From positions 248,001-312,000 of the forward strand of contig JBLDXI010000046.1 in NCBI GenBank assembly GCA_047495785.1: a stretch of DNA of 64,000 nucleotides. Reading direction: 5' to 3'. The notes below the pieces were generated by a model, which was not told where the DNA came from, ran no database searches, and saw only the letters and a program-made list of their open reading frames with translations. The position numbers and the translations under genes are program-made. The DNA is from Lepidodermella squamata (Eukaryota; Animalia; Gastrotricha). Below, in pieces: positions 28,101 to 40,586 of this stretch. Within the stretch, counting starts at the first letter, position 1. Each line of letters starts with the position of its first letter.

Positions 28101-28583
28101 AGAAGGCAATGACATTATTTGGCCGGCTAGAGTAAGCAGAAATCCGCTGAGCCACTGCTGAGCAATCCGTTGAAGCGATAAGAGGAATTATGGCTTCAGA
28201 TCGACCGAGCCGATCCAGTTTTTCCATCAAGCTTTTCGCTACAGTTACTGCGTCACACTGTACAAAAATTGAGTTGAAACTATGGTTCATAGATAAATGT
28301 TGCTGCTTACGTTATCTCGAACCAGTTCGAACACAATGTTGTAATTTTCCAAGAAGTTTGGCATGGTATTGAGACGTTGAAGGGCAACTTTTGCTACAGC
28401 TGTGCTTGTCGGCCCAAGGTTGTACAAACCCGAGTAAATTGTATGCGCCAATATTCGAACGTCTTGCTTTTTCGGGCTTCTATCCCCGAGGCTTACAAAT
28501 GGCGGCATTGGAGCGTTCATTTCCAATTTGCTGAATACTGTTGCAATAAGTGTCATGGTGAGAACAGCGAGAAAGGCAAACAT
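25195..28583 (-). CDS. GABA-B-like class C GPCR, paralog 4
   Basis: Signal MFAFLAVLTMTLIATVFS, VFT motifs (GWTRVSL, CYLHKYGLYGPGY, GLRGEYSF), 7TM with FFRDECD. One intron is expanded to ~860 bp. Confidence 0.8.
27185..27920. repeat. Degenerate telomere-like (CCCTAA / TTAGGG) tracts in inverted arrangement inside a GPCR4 intron
   Basis: accctaaccctaactctaactctaaccc near 27213-27240; ggttaagggtagggcttagggcttaggttagggctagg... from 27668 to 27920. Confidence 0.6.
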
Positions 28584-29660
28584 GATTTTTACACTGGCTG
28601 GCTGTTTTAAATTTTACGTGAGGATATATACAGATCTCTGAAAATTACGCAGTATTCTTCTGACTCAACTGCAAATAATTCAACTTGCCCTCAGCGGCGA
28701 TATCTCCCGAGCTTCCTCGCAGCGTACAGCCGCTGTGATTGCCTCAATTAGTTCACGCCATGGTGAGAACAGGGAGAAAGGCGAACATTATATTCTAAAC
28801 TTGCTAGCTGTTTTAAACTTAACGTGAGGATATTTGCAGATCTCTGAAATAACGCAGTATTTTTATGACTAAGCTGCTAATTACTCAACTTGCCCTCAAC
28901 TGCGACGTATCCTTCCCATGCTGCCATGCAGCATACAGCCGCTGTGATTGCCTCAATTAGGTGATAGCAGGGTTGGCAAAGCGTCTTCAGTTTCATGTTG
29001 TACGTGCCGATGATGAAAGCGCCAAAATTCCAAAGTAATGATCGTCGAGAATGTGTACCGGCCAAATTGGCACTAGGCCAACATTCCGGGTGATACTTTC
29101 TGATGAGTCACTTGCAATAAACTTGAAAGTTTTCCCCTCTGTCTTTTTGCGCACATACTACAATGATTCACATACCCGATAGTCAATGGGTGCAATCAGA
29201 TTGGATATTTTCCTCATTTTTTTCTCATTTTGGATTTAGGAAAGGATTGAAATCTCATGAATCCAAGCACTCTTTGGAACATATAATCGACAACTTCGGA
29301 TTCCTGGTCAAAATTCAGTGTCGGTAGTGGTCCAGGTGGCGGGAGGGGGGGGGGGGACAGGGGGTCGAACCCCCTGTCGAAAAACGTAAGGGTCCCCTTT
29401 AGCTAGCTGTTGAGCTAAAAATGGCTCGATCAACTCCCCCTCCCCGTGAGGATATTTGCAGATCTCTGACATCTGACATCAGCTAATTACTAGCATTCTT
29501 GCCCTCAGCGGCGATATCGTCCATGCTCGCAGCATACAGCCGCTGTGATTGTCTCAATTAGGTGATAGCAGGGTTGGCAAAGCGTCTTCAGTCTCATGTT
29601 GTACGTGCCGATGATGAAAGCGATGGCTCTGCCAAAAATTCCAGGTGCGCAATGTAATGA
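28556..29660. repeat. Local duplications of the GPCR4 5' end and upstream region
   Basis: catggtgagaacag...gtgaggatat...cagccgctgtgattgcctcaatt recurs at ~28555, ~28760 and ~29445-29660. Confidence 0.7.
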
Positions 29661-31296
29661 TTCTCGTACCCGATATAGTGTCTTGTCCACCCTCAAAACC
29701 TCAAAACAGACTTCGAAAATGACGTATACGAAAGTTGTCTTTAGGTACGTGTGTTATTAGATCTCGGAATATTTCCATTATTCTGAAAGCGATCACGTGG
29801 AAATAGTCTTCATCGAGGCATTGTCATCATCGCGCTGGGGCCCACGCCTATCAGCGCGACCCTCGCCTCTGATTGTTGTTCAATTTTCGTAATGCAATAA
29901 AAAAACCAGAGCAAAAACAAAGCGCACACACACATTCATCGCGATGGCAATAAAGAATACGCACATACACAAAGCCATCAATTTATTATGTAGAATAAGG
30001 CGCAATATACATGGCGCGCATATATTATTAGCACTATTATTATTAGTAGTTAAATAAATGGCAATCGCTTTTGTCGGCCGTCGTCCTCTGCTTTTAGTGA
30101 AAACACAACACTCGCATGTATGTGTATGAAGGAGAGTGATTGCACGACTCAATCCGGAGTCACAAATCGATGCCGCCTATTGCTGTCACTCACTCAGTCA
30201 GTCAGTCGCCACTCGAACAAAAATATATGTATGCAAAATAAATAAAGGCGCTATATATCTACATGCGCCATACGTAAAAACACTTGAAGCTATTCAGTAA
30301 ATTTATAAAAGCCGCTTTGCCCACTGAATTTAGCGTGACGTTTCATTTTCATCCTTGACATCGTCGACTTGAATCAGACTGATTTTTTTCGCATTTTTTA
30401 TTGTTTTTTTGAAAAAACTGAATTTTTTTGGGCTGAATAATGTTTTGCAAAAATATGAATAAAAATTGCATAAAAATAGCGAGAATTTTCTAGGAATAAA
30501 AATCGGCATTTTCTAGGATAATCCATGAAAGTTTTTTTTTTAATTAATTCATCTTTGATCGATTAACCAGCGGTGCGTATATAAAAAAAGCAGCGCCGCT
30601 ATGTGATGTGGAGCGAAGATTCATTTGGTCTAAAAATGGCAAAAGGAAATTTTTTTCTATGAAAAATGATTTGCCACAAAAAAACCAGTTCTTTGATATC
30701 GCCAAAAAAGCACATTTCCTTTCAAAAATTCAGTTTTAATTTTCCACGATTTAAAATTGCTTAGCCCTCTTTGAATATTCAAATTAGGTGCCCTGAATTA
30801 AAGGTTCCAGCACTAACAATTTTCCAGGCCTCTGTTATATACCTCTGATATCGATTCCAAGTAAAGATTTCAAAATCAGTGATTTTTCCGATATCGGCGA
30901 TTTCAGACATCAACTTAAAAATTCTCTCTACTTACCAGGTAGATAGTAAAATTCCCGGGCTCATGAGGGCATCATTATCGATTAATAAAGGAATTTGTCA
31001 TAAATCGACAAAAAATCGGGAAAATTCAGTGAAGCGTGTTCCATGAATTCCGAAGCCATTTCCGAATTTTGCAAATTTTAATCGGTAATTTATCTTTTTT
31101 TATAAATAATTTCGCGATTTCCCAAAGACATTTGGCGATAAAACATCAATTTTAAGGAAATTCAGATTATTTCGATTTTTTAGCTAGCTTTCACTTGATG
31201 ATCAGGCTTTCTCAATTCCCATCTCACCTTCAACTATTTCCGTTAAATTTAATCGCATTCTGACAGTCTATAGGTTATTTAGATTTAGTTTTCTAA

Positions 31297-32752
31297 ATGG
31301 ATTTCAGCCAGATCCACTGGGACATTACGGGCAAGGTTTGCCTCGTAACCGGTGGAAACGCTGGCATAGGCCGCGAAACCGCGCTGGAACTTATAAAACG
31401 AGGCGCTGGTCGCGTCATAATCGCCTGTCGCAACATCGAAACCGGCGAGGAGGCCATCAAATACATTCGAGACGAGGCGAAAGTTACGGACGACGCTGAG
31501 GCTAGCCGGCGATTAGGCCTGCGCAAACTTGACCTCGGCTCGCTCGAGTCGGTTCGAGCGTGTGCCGAGGCGATCAACGACGAGGAGGCGAAACTGCACA
31601 TTTTGATTAACAACGCTGGCGTGTATGCGCCGAGTGAGAAATCACTGACGGCCGATGGCTTCGAAATGAGCTTCGGAACGAATCACATCGGCCATTTTCT
31701 TCTCACCAAGCTCCTTATTCCACTTCTAAAAAGGTAATTGAAAAGGGATCTCGAACTTATAAGATGATTCTCGATTTTCTTAAAAAAAATTAAATTTGCG
31801 ATCAATTTGAAATTTTATTAAACAAATTAAATTTCAATTTCAATAGTTTCGATAATTTCAATCCAAGTATCGATTTTACAAATCAGTGATTTTTCCGATA
31901 TCGAAAGTCTTGAAAGTCGATATGTAAATTTTTCATACTTCATTTATTCTATTATTTTATGCAAACACTTTCCAAATTGAGAAAATTTTAAAAAAATTAA
32001 AAAATTAGGAATCACTCGGAAAATCATTGAACTTTTAAAATCGAATTATTTTGGATATTTTTAAGTTTTTTATTAATTTTCAAAAAAATTCATTTTGATT
32101 TTGAATTTTTTCCCGATTTAAAAATCATCGAAAGGTTCAAATTTCAGTACACAAAATTAAGGTCGTTCCATTTTAATTTGTTTAACATTTAATTCCGTTT
32201 TTTCAGATCAGCCCCGTCTCGTATCATCATCGTAGCTTCGATAGCTTACAAATTTTGCTGGCCAACCGGTTTTCACATCGACGATCCGAACTACGAGAGC
32301 AGCTTCTACGAAGCCTGGATGGCGTACAGCCAGTCGAAACTCGCCAACATTTTATTCGCTAAAATGCTAGACTACAAGCTGAATGGCAACGGGCTGTCGG
32401 GCGTGACCGTCTACAGCCTGCATCCTGGTGCTGTTAAAACTAATTTACTACTTCGAAACCGGGGCTGGTTGATGAAACTGCTCGTTCAACCCCTTCGATT
32501 TTTCTTCGTCACGCCAACCGAGGGTTCGCAGACGTCTATTTACTGTGCTACGAAACCCGGAATCGAGCAATATTCCGGCCAATTTTTCGAGTAATTAATT
32601 TCAAATTTTTCTTAATGAATTCACTAATTTTTTTGAATCCTTTTGAATTTAGCAACAGTCAGGTGTCCGAGCTATGGGAAATCGCTAGAGACGAAGACAC
32701 AGCGCAGAAATTATGGGATCTGAGCGAAAGGCTGATCGAAGGAAAATATTGA
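31297..32752 (+). CDS. Short-chain dehydrogenase/reductase, RDH11/12-like, 3 exons (31297-31733, 32207-32590, 32653-32752)
   Basis: TGGNAGIG, INNAG, FGTNHIGHFLLT, RIIIVAS, YSQSK, LHPG, AQKLWDLSE; splice phases are consistent. Confidence 0.93.
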
Positions 32753-33011
32753 AGATATTCGAAATTGTTATATTTTCTGATCTTGGACTTGACAAATTTT
32801 CATTTTTTCTGTTCTATCAAAACTGATTTTCATGCCGAAACGAAAACTTTTGTTATTTATATCGTGTTTCGATTTCAGTCTATTCAAATTGCCAGGTACT
32901 TGTATTGATTGTCTCTGCAAATGGATGAAAGTAAAAAACTGCCATATTGCTTTCACGCTGAATTCAAAATCCGGTTGATATCTCTTCTTATTTAAAAAAA
33001 TCATGATTTAT

Positions 33012-34009
33012 TCAATATTTATTCAAATTTTTAGGTGCTATTGTCCTCACTTTTCTCACTTTTTTATTGTCTTTTTCCTGCGCCGCAATTTTTCTGATGA
33101 CATTATACCGATCCCCAGGCCAGCCGCCGCCATTACAATACGATGGCGTTAGTACAACAGTAGGCGTGTTTGTGATGAAATATCGATTAAGATGACCTTG
33201 TTCGTGGTATCGCGCCACGAGTTTCAAATCTAGGTCACTGCGTATCCACCGCGAGATGACGCGCCACAACTGGGTCACCTCGTCTGTCGTGCCGCCATAA
33301 AAAGCGCCAGTGTAATAAATGTGCGTGACCTCGTCGTCTGCAATATAAGCCGCTGATTGAGGTCGCCGTTCATTCGGAAATTCGGACGGGTCTGTTTTGA
33401 AACGGCCTGGGGCTTGAGTGGCGACTCGATCGCTTAGAATTTCACGCCCGACGCGATCAACAAAATACATTTCAGCATCAAATGAGAAGAAGAAATCGAA
33501 GTCCTGTGAAATGATGAATTTTCCAGAAAATTAATTAAGGTGGATTTTTTATATTTTTCAATTCAACGAAAAACTATGCGTAATAAAATTTTTTTAATAA
33601 ATTTTAAGCTGGATTTTTAATAATTGAATCGAAATGCAGATACCTTTTCGATTGATCGCATTTGCGTGAAATTTAGGAAAATTTCCGGCCGAAAAATGCT
33701 GTCCCCAGGCCAGAATAGCCGCTTCTGAGGTATAAATTCGACATTTCCTCGTGAATTTTCCAGCCTTTCGTGATCAGTGAAAATGAACCAATGAACTCGA
33801 GCCCGATTTTTCAGCAGGTAAATATCAGCGGATTCCAGGAGTAATTTCGTAAAATTGAAGTAGTCCCCAGTCGCCATGACAAAAAACGCAACTCGAGGTA
33901 AATGACCGCATTTCGGACATTTTGCTAGGTGCTTCCGCGAAATCAGTATCAAAATCGATCCAAACGTCAGGGTGAGCAATATATTTTTTAAATTTCTTGA
34001 AAATCGCAT
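33012..34009 (-). CDS. GT6-family glycosyltransferase A (ABO / alpha-1,3-galactosyltransferase-like), type II membrane, 2 exons (34009-33644, 33503-33012)
   Basis: N-terminal TM; ATGDY...FIFTD, WP, FSFDAEMYF, ERRPQSAAYI, YYTGAFYGG, HEQGHLNRYF, LTPSYC. Confidence 0.85.
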
Positions 34010-34039
34010 AATCTATCAAAAATTAATCGAAACATTTTT

Positions 34040-35081
34040 TTATTTAATAATTTTCGTCCAAAATCGAAGTTTGTTAATATTTTTATCACGAACAGCAATT
34101 TTTCTGATCAGATTGAAATCTCGGCCATGCCAAGCCCATGCTTTTTGATCCGGGAAACAGTACGACGGTGTTAAAATCGTAGTCGGGGTATTTTCGAGAA
34201 AATACCTATTCAAATGGCCCTGTTCGTGGTATTTCGCCACAATTTTGTTCGAAATATCAATTTTAATATTCTCAGCCAGAGTTGACCACAATTTGACGAC
34301 ATTCTTCGTCAAACCGCCGTAGAAGGCGCCGGTGAAATAGATGTAAAGCGGGTCGCTAGGTGCGATGTACGCTGTTGAGTTTGAGCGACGTTCAAAGGGG
34401 AATCGTTCGGCTTTGTGTTTGAAACGACCAGGCGCCTGGGTTCCAACTAAATCGCTCAGAATTTCACCGCCAACTCGGTCGACAAAATACATTTCAGCAT
34501 CGAGAGAAAAGAAATAGTCGTAAACCTGAAAAATTCAACATATTTTAAAAAATTTCAAAATTTCAAAATTCTAATTTCATTAAAATAAAAAATTCATTTC
34601 AAAATTTGTAAATTTAAATTTCATTGAAATTATAAAATGCAATTAAAATTATTAAAAAAAATTAAATTACCTCATCTAATTTAAGAGTTTTCGTTAAATT
34701 CAGGAAAATTTCCGGTCGAAAAATTGAATCTCCAGGCCAACCGTATCGCTTTTGCTTGAAATATCGAACATTCGGCAGCGGATTCCATGGGAATTTTTTA
34801 TCGGTAAAAACGAAAAAATCGACTTCGGCCTCATCTCGAAGGAGGTAATTATTAGCCGTTAGGAGGAGGTCATTGCTGAAATTAAGGTAGGCCCCAGTTG
34901 CCATGACGAAAAATGCCACTTTTGGCAACGCTTCACAGCCGCAAGATTCTGATGAGAATTGCGGGAAATTAATGAAATAATCGGCATTTCCATAGTTGAC
35001 AAATCGATCGAATGCGAGAAATGCCGCGATCAAGATTGCGACAAAGGCGAGAAATTTCTTCCTTCTATCACGCAACTCCAT
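34040..35081 (-). CDS. GT6-family glycosyltransferase B, 2 exons (35081-34671, 34525-34040)
   Basis: N-terminal TM; ATGAY...FVFTD, GWP, FSLDAEMYF, FERRSNSTAYI, YFTGAFYGG, HEQGHLNRYF. Confidence 0.85.
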
Positions 35082-35230
35082 TGAATAAAAATTTGGAAAA
35101 TCTCGTAAAAGTTCTGAGCAAAAGATGTTTTTGATAAATACAAACTTTATTTTTTTCACGAAAAGATTCAAGGCACGTGGCGACTTTCATTCACGATAAC
35201 ATTTACGAAATTTTTGGAATATTGTTTTTT

Positions 35231-37078
35231 TCAATAGCGATTCGTCATGATGTAGAGAAAGATGGCATCGCAAGCCAACGCCATGGTGCCGAAAATACCG
35301 GCCATATAAATGTCGAGAATTCGAATTGTCGATAAACTCAGCAGGCCATGCTTGCCATTTCGGGTTGTCTTATCGACTGCTATAGGTAGAATTATGAGAG
35401 AATAAAGTGTTATGATGACGCCGCTGATGAATTTTAGGAGAACTATGTAGACCAGGTAGACGGGTTCCGAAGTTTTAGGAATTATCGAGAAAACCAGCGT
35501 GAGAAGGACTGAATTTCCCAATACGGCTGTGATTGCGAAAGAAGCTCTTAAAAAGGAGAAAACAAATGTTACAAGAAATAAAAAATCTTCCGAAAATTTG
35601 AGGAATCTGAATTTTAAATTTCCTATAAAAATTAAATAAAATCAATTTAAAATTTAAATTGAAACTCCAAATTTTGGGACTACTCCAAAACAAATGACGA
35701 CATAAAAAATGAGGCCAAAAACTTGATAATTAAGGCAATATGACGCGCGCACATGGTTTTTTCGATAAATATCAGTAAAAAACAGTAAAAAACAGTTTAA
35801 ACGCTAATTTTAACTTTGGCGGTTCTGGTATCACTTGTTTATTTTTTTACCTGTTTGACGTTTTTAGAAATTTGGGTGTTTTGGTGCATTCTTTTTGGCG
35901 TCTTTTGTTTTGTCTTTGCCGTTTTGGAGTAGTCCCAAAATTTTAAAATTTTAAATGAAATTTCAAAATTTTAAATTTGTTAATTTTGTGTTGGCCATTA
36001 TTGTGTTAGTGAAGTGAAAATTTGAAAATTGAATTTTTTTTAATTTTAATAAAATTTTTCAAAATTTCAAAAATCTCAATTGGAAATTGATTTTTTGAAA
36101 TTCATTCGAAAAAAAATAATTTCTTCTGAATTTTAATTGAAGGTTTCATTTTTTCAATTAAATTGAAAATTGATTTTTTCGATTTTAAAAATTTCATTAA
36201 AATTGATATATTTTTTATTTTAACCTGTCTGGCAGTTCTGGAGGCATGGCCAGGCTGAAAACCTGAAGCAGATACGTAGCCACGGTCGGTATCATAATAT
36301 TCATAACATAGTAAACATATTTTCGCTTCAGGCTTATCGTAAACAGCAACTGAGTGTAATGAATGTCACTATCACTCGAGTAAGTTATTTTCTCGAAAGT
36401 TAAAGAATCATAAATCGAATCGGTAGCAAACCTCCAAACCTCTGAGTCGTCTAAAATACCGCCGTTTTTAATGATCATCGCCTCTATAGGGTGAAATTTG
36501 CGTGCTGAAAAATTGACAAAATCATTGCCCTGATTCGGCTCGAAAATCAGCGTGCAGTTCAACTTATCGAAAGGAAATGTCTCGAATTTAAATGACAAAC
36601 ATTTGGTATCAATGCGCCGAATTCCAATGTACTGACCACGTGGTGGTGCTGCGATAGGAAATGGCGTTATCTTTATCTCATCGCCACCTTTTATATCGAA
36701 AGGTAGAGGATTCTCAACCGCGTTAAGGTGGCTTACGTAAGGATGCCAATAACGTTCAGCATCGACGTAGAATGACATGTTTTCAAGCTTGTTGTAACTA
36801 CATAATTTAGCAAGGCCGGCGTGATTTTCGGCTATTTGCCAGCAGTTCAAAACAGGGCACGGGTAGTACCAGCCGAATATGAAATAGACGAAAATTGACA
36901 GAGTTTTCGCGAGATCGTTGATTTCTAGTATTCGAACAAGTTGTAGGGTCACGTTGACTCTTAGCGGATCGCGAAAATCGTTAAGGGCTCCATTTTCAAA
37001 GAGCAAATTTAGGGCTCGAACGGGCGGGCAGGCATTTGCGAATGACTCTTCCAGGGCTTCAGAAACAATTGCATTCAT
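35231..37078 (-). CDS. Atypical Cys-loop (pentameric) ligand-gated ion channel subunit 1, 2 exons; true start uncertain
   Basis: V.V.L.L..I.EIND, W.P, Cys loop C..FPFD...C, pre-M1 LKRK, M1 NIMIP. Phase-2 intron 35548-36224, then M2-M4. Confidence 0.82.
35669..35943. mobile_element. TIR MITE in the channel-1 intron
   Basis: aaattttgggactactccaaaac ... gttttggagtagtcccaaaattt inverted repeat; absent from the paralogous intron. Confidence 0.7.
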
Positions 37079-38039
37079 CGTGTTGAAAATAAATCACACA
37101 GCGGATTCGGTTTTATTTGAGTAGTGGAGAATCATGCTGCTAGGTTTTATGCAAATAAGCTCCACGGCAGTACAGGAAATGAGGAAAATGAGGTATTGAA
37201 AAAACTTGAATATGCATGTTTTTTGTAGATTTGATGAAAAATCATGATCGTCAATTACAGCAGCTTCCGCGAAGCAAAGCTAAGCTAAGCGGCGAACCCG
37301 TTCGTTGTCTTGTCCGCGAAGCCCCAGCATTTAGCAGAATAGCTAGCCGGAATGAGCTACAGCAGCTTCGCAACTGTCGAAAGAGGCGACACGGGATAGC
37401 AGCAGTGAAGGAAGTTGGATTATCATTGAAAGGGTGATGTCAAAAAACATTTCGATCGCTCCACTCGCGTATAGCTTTCGGCGCCCGTGCCTTTGACTAA
37501 CAGGTTTCTGTTTGTTGACTTCAGCCATTCAAGTGCCTACCCACTCACTCCACTTCTCATGTGAACATCTGAATATCTTAATACGCGAGCGAAGCGAGCT
37601 TTTAGCTCACGCTATTTTTCGGATTTTCTATTCAGAATGGTCAAGAATGTCGGCCTGTCTGAAGTCCGAAATATGTCCCGTGTGGGTGAGCTGCAGCAAA
37701 GATAGAATAATAAAAGTTAGGAAATATTGGCCTTACGACCCCCTTCGTACGACATAAGATATGGAAGCATAGAAGATATGGCAGAATGAGAATATTGTAT
37801 GCCCATCAACCCTGGGCTACTATTGTTTAACAAGTGCTGTGGAATAAAGGAACTCTCTCCTAGCGGCTATCGTAAAATTAGAGGCAAGTATCAGCCAGGA
37901 ATGCAGAATATATATGAAAATCGATGTTTTTCTATAACAAAAATGCGTATTTGTTAACTCGGACCATCTGTTTAGGATTACGATTACCTGTATAGAAGCG
38001 CGATGTTATCATTTCTTGGGGGCGCAACATTTCGCGAAG

Positions 38040-38300
38040 AGGCAGTAATTGCGAAAATGACGCAGGTAACTCACAAAGCAAAGGACCGCCCTTCTTGATG
38101 AGAATGCTCGAGATCTTATCAAGCCCTGGAGCCTTGAGCTTCGAGCGCCGCACCGAGCTTCTCATCTCAGCCTTCGAGATTATGACTTTCTCGTCAATCT
38201 CCCTGGTTTCGATCGGGTTAAACAACTCCCGATCTTCTCGAACAACCTTCTCGATCTCGGCGTGATGTGCCTTGATCTCCGAATCGTTCTCGACCTTGGT
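38040..38300 (-). pseudogene. Non-LTR retrotransposon ORF2 fragment
   Basis: IS.AE...LK..KAPGLDKIS.ILIK, the typical pre-RT motif of LINE ORF2. Confidence 0.6.
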
Positions 38301-38739
38301 TCAGTTTGCATGAAGTTTGCATGGACGTAGGTATAAGTTGTACCGGATTACGGTATTAACAATAGAAATTTCACGTTTGCAAAATATGCATTTCATAACT
38401 GGTGTAGCAGAGAAACAAGAAGTGAGCCGATGACGAAGGGGTTGATTTTTGCCGCGGTAGTGTACATATACGTCGTGCGATGGAGGTTCTACGTCGTCCT
38501 CGTCGTCATGAAATTGCGCAGACACAGTGGTGCGAGTTGATAAGGCGCCGCTTTGATGCGGGAGCCGCCGGATCAGCAAGTGCTGCAGCGCTGCCGCTGG
38601 TAGCTAGAATCGGAGGCGTCGACGGTTGCGCACCCGCAGCACTGTAATGAGCATCGAAATGGGAGATCGAACAGGCAATAACAGCCTAGGCAGCCCGAGC
38701 AACTCGAACTCTAGAGAAGCGGAAGGAAGTCCAACTCTT

Positions 38740-39060
38740 CGGTGTCCTCAAAGGCGTCATCACAACTTAAACCCTCCAGGATATCACGCAGCAGTTGCCG
38801 ATGGGCTGGTTTATGCTTTTGGCTGTTTTCGCCCTTGAAAAACTCGAAAAGCATCATCTCCGCATTCGAAATATTCCTTCTGTGAAAAAGGAACAATCTG
38901 TCTTTGTCATAAAGATCGACGTCATTTGACGTTCTTAGACGAGGCAATAAGACCAGACATGGTAGACCAGGCAAGCTTGCAGTCAGGTTCAAGTAGAGAG
39001 CTTTTTTTAAACTCGACAACATTGTACTCAAAAGTGTTCACCGGACAAATGACGAACCAC
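38740..39060 (-). pseudogene. Relic of a TIR-NB-ARC-ANK paralog
   Basis: DLYDKDRLFLFHRRNISNAEMMLFEFFKGENSQKHKPAHRQLLRDILEGLSCD is nearly identical to 43040-43205 of the intact gene. Confidence 0.85.
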
Positions 39061-39176
39061 GAATGACCCCCGAGCAACATATTCTGTTTTCCCTAAAAAC
39101 AACATTTATTTTTTTTCACGAGACGATACGAAGCACGTGGCGAATTTTCATTCAGAAAAATATTTTCGAATGTTTT

Positions 39177-40586
39177 TTAATAGCGATTCGTCATGATGTA
39201 CAAATAGATGACATCGCAAACGAAAGCCGTAGTGCCGCAAATGCCCGCCATATAAAGGTCGAGAATTCGAATTTTCGATAAACTTAAATGACCATATTTG
39301 CCGTTTCTGGTTTGCTTATCTACAGCTATCGGCAGAATTATGAGGGAATAGAGTGTTAAGATGATGCCGCTGATGAATTTTATGACAACTATGTAGACCA
39401 GGTAGACAGGTTCCGAAGTGTGAGGAATTATTGAGAAAACAAGTGTTAGCAGGACTGAATTTCCCAATACGGCTGTGATTGCAAATGAAGCTCTAAAAAA
39501 AGAGGAAACAAGGAACATAAATAAAACATAACGAAACCTCCTCAAACTTTCATGGTATAATTTTTAAAAATTGGGAAATTTATTGAAAATGATTAAAAAT
39601 GAAACTTCAATTTAAATATTTGAATTTTGATTCGAGAATCAATTTATTTGATTTCACTTGAAAATTGAGTAATTTTTAAAATTTTGATATTCATATTTAG
39701 GAATTTCAAATAAATTTGTAGAGTTTTATTTCAACCTGTCTGGCAGTTCCGGAGGCATGGCCAGGCTGAAAACTTGAAGCAGATACGTAGCCATAGTTGG
39801 TATCAAAATATTAATGATGTAATACAAATATTTCCGCTTCAGACTTATCGTAAACTGCAACTGGGTGTATTGAATTCCGTTTTCATTTGTGTATGTTATT
39901 TTCTCGAAATTCAATGAATCAGAAAGTTGATCATCCGCAAATTTCCAGATCTCTGAATTGTCTAAAATTCCGCTTGAATTCATCGCTTCAAGCGGGCGAA
40001 AACTGCGAGCTGAAAAATTGACCAAAATGTCAGCTTGATTCGGCTCGAAAATCAGCGTGCAGTCCAGCTTATCGAAAGGAAACATCTCAAATTTGAACGA
40101 CTGGCATTTCGTGTCAATGCGCCGAATTCCTACGTACAGACCACGTGGCGGTGTCGAGATAGAAAATGGTGTTATCGTTATCTCATCGCCGCCTTCGATA
40201 TCGAAAGGCAGAGGATTCTTCACCGCGTTAAGGTGGCTCAGGTAAGGATGCCAGTAACTTTTAGCTTCAACGTAAAATTGAACTTTATCGAGACCATATT
40301 TATAGTTGCACAATTTAGCGAGTTCCGGGTGACTTTCGGCCATTTGCCAGCAGTTCATAACGGGGCATGGGTAGTTCCATGAGAATATGAAATAGACAAA
40401 AATTGACAGAGTTTTCGCGAGATCGTTGATTTCGAGTATTCGAACAAGTAGTAGGGTCAAGTCTATTTTAAATGGATCACGAAATTCGTTGAGAACTCCA
40501 TTTTCAAAGGGCAAATTAAGGACTCGAACGGGCGGGCAGGCATTTGCGAATGACGCCTCGAGGGCTTCGGAAGCTGTTGTATTCAT
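39177..40586 (-). CDS. Atypical Cys-loop ligand-gated ion channel subunit 2, 2 exons; true start uncertain
   Basis: Close paralog of subunit 1 with the same motifs and intron position. Confidence 0.82.

Noticed and set aside
21272-39179. Genome-wide reassignment of TGA to Cys or Trp
   Set aside because: TGA ends GPCR3, GPCR4, the SDR and GT6-A, and the channel-1 TGA stop aligns with the channel-2 TAA stop.
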